Source of the DNA: Octopus vulgaris
Lineage: Eukaryota
Direction of reading: 5' to 3'
DNA: 64,000 bases
Assembly (NCBI GenBank): GCA_951406725.2
Contig: OX597824.1
Span: 52,080,001 to 52,144,000 of the forward strand
Position 1 is the first letter of the stretch. Every line of letters starts with the position of its first letter. Both the position numbers and the translations under genes were made by a program. Below are positions 56,100-64,000 of this stretch, one piece after another. The notes beneath the pieces are model-generated. The model did not search any database. It had not been told where the DNA came from and was given only the letters and a program-made list of their open reading frames with translations.

Positions 56100-56118
56100 T
56101 TGCTGCTGCTGCTGCTGC
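54731..56118. repeat. (TTC)n/(GAA)n tract of about 1.27 kb followed by (TAC)n and (TGC)n
   Basis: Directly visible. Interrupted by ttgtc, tcg, tgc and single-base phase shifts. Confidence 0.98.
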
Positions 56119-58059
56119 ATTTATCTCTTTTGTAAGCACTTGGCGTGATGTTATTTTTGTAGTCGTTTGTTAAGGATGTTTACTGCATTGTCAAACGGCG
56201 ACGACGATGAGAAGGAGGATAATGATGTTGTTGTTGCTGTCGACAAAATTTGACAATCATAATAAATGATGTTATTTAATAACCTGTATTATTAAATTGT
56301 GAATCTGTTTATCTCACGTCATAACGAATTCGCCTTCATTCATTATTAGAGTGAGAAATAAATAAATATCCAAATTGAAATGAAAACTGACAGTGATACA
56401 CAGGCAGACACACAGACAGAGAAGCAGTCAAACAGGTAAACATTAATAAAAGTGAACATGCAAACCAAGCGAATTAACAGATAGAGAGACAAATAATCCT
56501 AAATCCTTGAAATAGTTCCTTATATTTTTTATACCATTAAGTCCTAAATCTTACCGGTGTATGCGAGAAAAGTGTTTAAAAAATATGTAACAAAAAATGA
56601 CAGCCAAATAGTAAAAAATTAAATTTTTGAGACGAAACATACTCCTATGAAGATTATTTCTGAAAATTTGCTATATTTTATTTTGTCCCCTTATTCTGTT
56701 TTTGTTGACGATGTTTTTAAAAGCTGATGATGTGGCTGTTTACTACAGCTCCTCCTCCCTCTCCTCTTCCCCTTCCTGAGGATGTTGTTGCATTTTTCAT
56801 CTCCATGATTATCGTTATTTAATAATGCTGCACTAACAGCACATCTGTTTGTTAGATTGTTACTAGACACTTCATTCGTAGAGTCAAATACCTCAAATAA
56901 ATATCATGTGTGGGCATGGACAAACGTAGGTATATCAAACGCCATACGGTATGAATTCTTGATTTATTAAAATTACCTCTGCCTCTACAATCTAGAATGG
57001 TTCTCAAAAAAATTTTTTTTTTATCTATGGACGCTTTGATTACTATCTTATTCTGGTGGACCGCCATGGCCATTCGATGTTTAAAATCAGTTCTATAGAA
57101 ATTTGTTTCAAAAATTCCTATTTTGTTTTCCATACATTGACTTGTATATGTTGAACTATGTAAAATGCTAGAGAAAAAAAACCTAGCACTTACTTGGAAT
57201 ACATCTCTTGCAATACATACATCTCAAGAAAAAGTTTTTCCGGGACCCTTAAATTTAGCGGTGTCGTTGATATTTTTTTCTTTACCCCAATGATGCCAGT
57301 GACTTATTAAAATTCCCGTTATAGAACTATATTCATAAAAAATTATAGTACTATATTATCACCCTCAAATTTGAGAAACGAATACTTAAATATTTTTTCA
57401 TAATATTTTTCCTCACAACTTTTTAGATACAATTTTTTGTTGCATAGGGCCAAATCTATGAAATTTCTCATGCTTTCTTTTATCATCGAAGCTAAGATAA
57501 GTATATTTTACTGTTGAAATGAAAAAGTTATTTAGATCTAAACTTGATTGGAGGCGTTACTTACTTTCCTATAACGCTGCTACAAATTTTGATGTCAACT
57601 TTTTTTCTGCTGGATCAAATCTCAAATTGTTTTATACCAAAATGTCGCTAGGGACCAGTTCTCTTCAAAAATGTTAACAGTGTTCAATTTGGTTAAGAAC
57701 TGAATGAGTGACAAACTCTGAAAGGTGGTGCGTGTGAGTAAATTGCGGTCTTAAGAATATTATTCAACTACTACCGTAGTTGAATGATAATTACCAAATG
57801 ACAAAAAGGCTCCACATGAACAGGGGAGATAATCTCAAGAAACAAGTTTTCACCAAATTTGACATACCATTGAGGAAAAGGACAGGTTTGATGTCTGGGA
57901 ATATGAGGATCGTGACAACGTCATGTTATTACCCTCAATGGGAGTAATTAGCAGCACAGTTGTCATATCTTATTACCTCTAGCCAATGGACTTAAACATA
58001 TACAAAGATTTAGAATACATTTATGAACTAGAGCGTTTGCATAAATTAAACAAAAACGA

Positions 58060-58465
58060 TGGTAAGAATCTTGCTTCCCTGCCACATGGTTCCGAGTTCA
58101 GTAGTTCAACTACGTGCATCTTGACCAAGTGTCTTCTACTATAGCTTCGGGCCAATCAAAACCTTTTGAGGGGATTTGGTAGATGTAAGCTGAAAGAAGC
58201 CTGTCGTAAATGTGTGTGTGCGTGCGCGCGCGTGTATGTGCGCGCATGTATATGTATATGTCCTTGTCCCCAACCACTGCTTGACAACCGGTGTTATTGT
58301 GTTCAAGTCCCCGTTACTTAGAAGATCGACAAAAGTGACCGATGGAATAAGTACTAGACTCAAAAAAAGTACTGGGTTCGATTCATTCGGCTACAAAAAT
58401 TATTCAAGATGGTGCCCCAGCATGGCCGCAGACTAATTGAGCCAATTAAAACATAAAAGATAGAG
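58060..58465 (+). mobile_element. tRNA-derived SINE (family A), near full length
   Basis: tggtaagaatcttgcttccc..ccacatggttccgagttcag, gaaagaagcctgtcg, gcttgacaaccgg, ggtgccccagcatggccgcag. Confidence 0.85.
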
Positions 58466-58587
58466 AAATTACTCAGAGTAACAAGTACCATGTATGTGAA
58501 GAACATAGACAAATATAGGTACACCAAATACCATACAACATAAATTCTTGATTAATTAAAATTGGCGGAGATAATTATTATATAGAG

Positions 58588-58845
58588 TAGTGGTTCTGAA
58601 CCATTTTTTGCACATGGATCCCTTTAATTTCTATTTTTCTCTACTGAACTCCCATTGACATTCGATGTTTCAAAACGGCCTATTGCTTTCGTTTTATATA
58701 TAATTAAATTTTATTAGGAATTTTATAAAAAATGTTTAAATATTTGTTTATTGTAAGAGTAAATCAATTTATTTTTCGTAAACTTTAGCGGCAAAATTTT
58801 ATATAGATACCCAAGGATCATATGGGTCCCGGTTGGGAACACATG
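58588..58845. mobile_element. hAT (Charlie-like) MITE; a truncated sister copy starts near 56994
   Basis: Termini tagtggttctgaacc / ggttgggaacacatg. Flanks atatagag / gtatagac resemble the NTCTAGAN target preference. 56994-57110 shares aatggttctcaa...cattcgatgttt. Confidence 0.65.
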
Positions 58846-60160
58846 TATAGACACACAAGGACATACGTGCGCGCGCATATGCGAGTATGAAGAGATTCGC
58901 ATCATGGAAGAAGAAGAAGAAGAAGAAGAAGAAGAAGAAGAAGAAGAAGAAGAAGAAGAAGAAGAAGAAGAAAAAAAAAGAAGAAGAAGAAGGAGGAGGA
59001 GGAGGAGGCAAGCAGTAAAGAGCAACAAAACTGTGACAATGAAACAAAAGATTAAGAGAAAAACGCTGATTATTTAGAGACAACTGTATATACTCACTGT
59101 TGTAAAGATGGGATGTAAGAGTGTGATATTGTGTGGGAGAAAAGATGGTCGGGGAATTGTCGGCGAAAATAGTAAATTCCGATAAGTATACAGATATCAA
59201 TCATGAAGAAATGAATTGAAAAGCAACGGAGATATTAATTGCTTCAAGATTTGTGATAAAATGAAAAAAGAACCAAATAAGTTTGAAATGGAATTATTTT
59301 GTGAAACAATAGGAACATGCATGATTGTGTTATTTCACAATCACGTCGTTTTAGGCCTGATGTTTCCTCTTTTATAGTATCAGACTAACAAATATCTTAT
59401 GTGTAGAAATTAGGAGGCAGAAATTGTGCTGAAGCTCAGCAGGTGCAGACGTGGGATGGGATGTTATGTGCGTGTGCCTAGATGTGTGTGATGTGTATGC
59501 ATATATTGTGCATGTGTCCATGCCTGCGTGCGTATATTTATGACTAGATGCGTCGAAAATTGTCAGTTTGTCTTGAACAAACATCGCCATTACACACGGT
59601 ACATTTACCGAATTTTGTACAACATTGCTCTTAAAGATGCTACAGAGTGGAGGCAGTGTAAGAAATATCATTGAACTACTACATATACCATTTCCAATGT
59701 GACGGATATTTGTTTAATTCATGGAAAACACGTGTATTGAGAATGTTTTCAAGGTCAGATCTATGAGTGAGAAAAAAAGAAGCTAACTAGGAAATAAATG
59801 TAATGCAAGATAAAGAATTTTTTAAATTTTATATATATGAAGTAAAATATATTCTAGTCATTGAATAAATAGGCTGGAAGGTTTCGTCAATAGTCAGTTC
59901 CACCTACATTAGCTCCCAGTCGAATGTTCTACTCGAACTGAGGATGTATTTTCTGCTGGACTTTTCTCGGTCGTTAGCTAGCTCCTGCAAGTGTTTTCCA
60001 TGAACTTTGTAGAATAATTTTTGAAGCACAGATTGTTAACCCATGATAAAGCCTTTTTTCCGATATACTTGTGTTTTGCAGATATTTAAATTTCTTTTTC
60101 TTTGTCTATGCTAGCCATAAGATCAACATTTTCGAGTATGTGACCAGCTGAAGAGAGAGT

Positions 60161-60204
<44 letters not shown>

Positions 60205-60382
60205 AGAGATGGAGAGAGAGATGATAGAGATGAGGGAGAGAGAGCTAGACCACCAGGTAGCTGGTATTCATTTCCTACTGAGTAAAGGGAATAAGGTGAA
60301 ATAAATCGAACCCCTGATCGTAGGAGCGTGAGCTCAACATCCCCATGCTTTGACAGCGTTCATACATACATACATACATACA

Positions 60383-60413
<31 letters not shown>

Positions 60414-60419
60414 TTTGAC

Positions 60420-60890
60420 AGTAGATGCCAATACGTAAGACAGTGGTTAGCAAAAGTTACACATAATTTACAGTTCTGAGATCCATTTACATATGCCATG
60501 GATTTCTCTATAATTCTCCTCTTGATTGTATGTGGTGTGCGGTTGATCTTCAAACCCCATATATCGCTAGACAAATTTGTAGCTTTTGAAGATGTGCCGG
60601 AAAGAAGATTGCAAGTTTACATAACGTCTTTTGAAATCGTCTCCGCATAAACGATGTAATTTTTCTTTTCAGTTAGGTTATCTTGAAGCATTGCTTTGAC
60701 TTTAGCTTCATAGACTTCGAAGTCTATCAAAGAGGTCCGGTCATGTTGTCGGCTTTAGGATCACGGCAGTTACAACTGAGTGGTCTCTTGGTGATGCATA
60801 TGAGTGATAATGTTCTATATATTAGGGCAGCATTTGTATGATATTTATATCTCAGTGGATGGAAAATTTTTTGTTGATCTTACCTTAACG
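60420..60890 (-). mobile_element. Decayed Penelope-like GIY-YIG fragment
   Basis: ATNLSSDIWGLK....IKRRIIEKSMAYVNGSQNCKLC, with upstream CNCRDPK and VYEAKVK. Confidence 0.75.
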
Positions 60891-60982
60891 GAACAGTAAA
60901 CTATATATATGTATATGACACACACACACATATATATATATATATACATATATATACATGTTATACATATATATTGATACAT

Positions 60983-61033
<51 letters not shown>

Positions 61034-61037
61034 ACAT

Positions 61038-61082
<45 letters not shown>

Positions 61083-61769
61083 CAAACAGACAGACAGAGA
61101 CAGATATATTACAGATATAGAAATTATTCTCAGATAGAGATGAAATATTGAGAGAGTGATAAGAAACATATTCCCATTGAAATATAACCATGCTCCTATT
61201 TATGTACCACCATACATGTCAAACAAATATGAGTAGAAAAACAGAGCTTCAATATTTATTTTAACTTCAATGTCGAGAATTTTGAAGAAACAATAGCGGG
61301 GTAAGAATTGTAGAAAGTAGCATTCATCGACACAGAATTATGTACGGTCTACTGCATTAGTACAGAGAAGACCAAACCTCTTGTTGTTTCGCTGCCCTGT
61401 TGTTTTGTTCTTCTGTGGTACGAAGAATTTTCTGGAATAAAATCAAAATTATTGGTAAATTCAAATGGCGTTTCATATTGATCTGTGATTTTGCATTGTA
61501 CAACATCGAAGATTCGATTGTTTAAACTGTTGTAAAGCGGAATGTAAGTTACTACACTAATAGGGCAATTTTCATACAACACATTTTTGGAGAGGCATGT
61601 TTTAACATTTTGTCATACGAGTTATCATATTTGCCATCATGTTGACCATTTTCACAACAGACATCCCTTGCGATAAAAGTCGGAAACACGCGCGCGCGCA
61701 TTCACTCACACATAGAGGAATGCACATTAATACAAATTGGGTAATATGCATTAATACACATTGGGTAAT

Positions 61770-62435
61770 AGTCATTCAGTCTGGTTATTATATCGGGCTT
61801 ATCGTTTTCATTTATTTTATCTTATTTTCTTAGTTCTTACATTTTTTAGTTATCATCAACCCTGAGCTCCTAACAGAATGAATTTAACAATCATTTTGAT
61901 CGTCTATCTTAACGCTATTTTCCTTGTATGCATGTGTTTAAGCTTGCTTGAGTATTTGGTTGTCTGTGTGTCTGGGTATTTGTCTATCTTGCTGTGAACT
62001 TTAACTGTTATATTGGAATGATCAACACGAAAACAAGCCAGCCAGTATCAAATAATTCTATTCGTAACTATTGCAGTCGTTCCTCTCTGAGAGGAACACG
62101 AATGATATATATATAACAAATAATATACAACAACATTTAGAAATAAGCCTCGAGAAATTCAACAGCAAGGATATAAATGTCGAAAAGCAAGAGTAGCAAT
62201 GACAGCTCCAGCCATGAGTAGACTGTGGCTACTCAACAATATAACAAAATTAGAAGCAACCACGACAACATATATGAATACTTTTACATTTTCATAATTT
62301 GATAATTTTGTTGTTATTTTTCTGTGCTAACAGTCATTCAGTCTGGTTATTATAACGGGCTTATCGTTTTTATTTATTTTATCTTATTTTCTGAGTTTTT
62401 ACATTTTTTTTAGCTATCATCAACCCTGAGCTCCT
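61770..62435 (+). repeat. Pair of direct repeats of about 102 bp (61770-61871 and 62332-62435)
   Basis: Both read agtcattcagtctggttattata.cgggcttatcgtttt...tatcatcaaccctgagctcct. Confidence 0.92.
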
Positions 62436-63735
62436 GAAAATGAAGTAAACAAATCACAAACACTCGAAGCTGAATTTGATGTAAACATTTTATGAAGAAA
62501 ATCTATTCAGCTTAGTAGAATTTAGAATTTCATCTTGTTTTAAATGTAATTCCCTTTAAAACTTATTTAACTGTCTTTTATTTGTTGTTTATGCAAAGGG
62601 TGGTGGCACATTTATTTCACATAAACAGGAAGATTTAGTTCAGACGAGTTTTAGGTTATGAAAGGATCTGGTAAAGACTTAATCGGTAAACTTGCCAAAA
62701 TGTAATTGGTGAGACATTATTGGTTTGCTCCTCGTTACTTTCCCCTTCAAACATTTTCCCACAAGTACAAACAATTTGAAACATCTAAATACTACAAATG
62801 ATTGGAAAAGAAACCAAGCTTCGTTTACTGTTGAACATCTAATCCATCACAATCCACAGTCCTATAAATTAAAGAAAAAAAAGCCAACAATCATAGACAT
62901 AGCTATATAGTTAATTAGCCAGTTCAATTCCATTGCGCAGCAGTTTGCTGAAGACCTGTGACTATAGGTGCCCAGTACTTTGTGATCGGAGTTTTCATCG
63001 ACGGAGACTGGCTTGAAGCTTATTGTGTGAAAAAGAAAAATCCCGTAACTAGAAAAGTTTAATAAATTCACCACAATTTGCAGCAACGAGAGGTGTCATT
63101 AAAAGCAAAACTGGTATCAATATTACTGATTCTAATTTAATCAACACGTCAAAATGTGAGTATAAGAATTCACAGTACCGAGCATAAATATTGTTCTCCC
63201 AGCAGTCAGACTATTGACGAAGCCTTAGGGTTGATCTATTTACTGAAAATAAACTTGTCACTGTCATCCAACTTTCATGAAGTTAAATGGAGGTCAGGAA
63301 CCATATTTCCCCTTTCAACTTTCACTTCAACTAATACTGGAAGAAGTCAACAAGGGCTTCAACAAAAGGGTCTTTTCCAGCATCGCTCATCATGCGCTGT
63401 TTTTACTTTAACTTCGAGTCACGACAGTAACGTTACATGAAGCGACAGAGGTGGTTGTTTACTTTCACTAGTTTTCTAGAAGCAACATGGGTTAACATAG
63501 TTTCAGATAGGCAATGTTAGATAAAAAGACGAGAAAGTATGGCTAGAAAACATTTGTACACAGGTATGCCTGATGAATATTTCAGTCAAAAGAGCAGCAT
63601 CAGCAACAAGAAGATCAGAAAAGACTTACCATCATAATTAAACCAACGCAATAGAACAGTTTTTCAAAGGCGCAGATCAAGTAGTGTGAGAAAATTAGTT
63701 AGATATACAGTATATATACAAACACACGCACACAC

Positions 63736-63796
<61 letters not shown>

Positions 63797-64000
63797 TCTC
63801 TCACTCTCACATTTTCTCTCTAAGAGAAATCTATATAAGTGACTCAAGAACCTAGCGTTTCATATATGGTAGTTATCACGATATATACACAATAGTCAAA
63901 ATTTGAGAACGAAAAGAAAAAAATTAAAATATTTACATTTATACTTCATTTTTTCCGAATGGAATCTTTACTGTATATGCCTTAAAAAATATTCATTATT

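Noticed and set aside
54703-56173. Long ORFs of 275-485 aa (poly-E/K/R/S/F/L)
   Set aside because: They are translations of a stop-free trinucleotide repeat, open on both strands.
62920-63430. Possible ancient LINE RT fragment (PAVRLL, GFNK)
   Set aside because: Similarity is too weak to support without a profile search.
63620-63720. Minus-strand splice donor (ATG|GTAAGT) suggesting an exon
   Set aside because: No matching acceptor or coding signal upstream.

Overview
AT-rich, microsatellite-dense eukaryotic DNA with no supportable host protein-coding exon, so probably intergenic or deep intronic. The mix of tRNA-headed SINEs, Nin/Deu-domain SINEs, Penelope-like elements and very abundant (TA)n/(CA)n/(TATG)n/(AAT)n/(GAA)n tracts suggests an invertebrate such as an Octopus-like cephalopod (inference). 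Almost all ORFs in the track are microsatellite artefacts. The real coding remnants are decayed transposons: three mariners (one full-length with TIRs and TA TSD), a DD37D maT element, a DUF4817-type Tc1/mariner deletion derivative, five Penelope-like fragments, two CR1/L2-group LINEs (one split by a 1.08-kb solo LTR with a 4-bp TSD), an R4/Dong-type restriction-like-endonuclease retrotransposon in an (AAT)n tract, MITEs and many SINEs. The most interesting signal is non-coding: a set of type I hammerhead ribozyme motifs with palindromic stem III. One has an intact core and an unusually extended stem II (10543-10625, minus), and a pair sits in a 420-bp palindrome (4505-4922), suggesting Penelope pseudo-LTR or retrozyme-like units. 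All coordinates were read by eye, and boundaries of decayed repeats are approximate.
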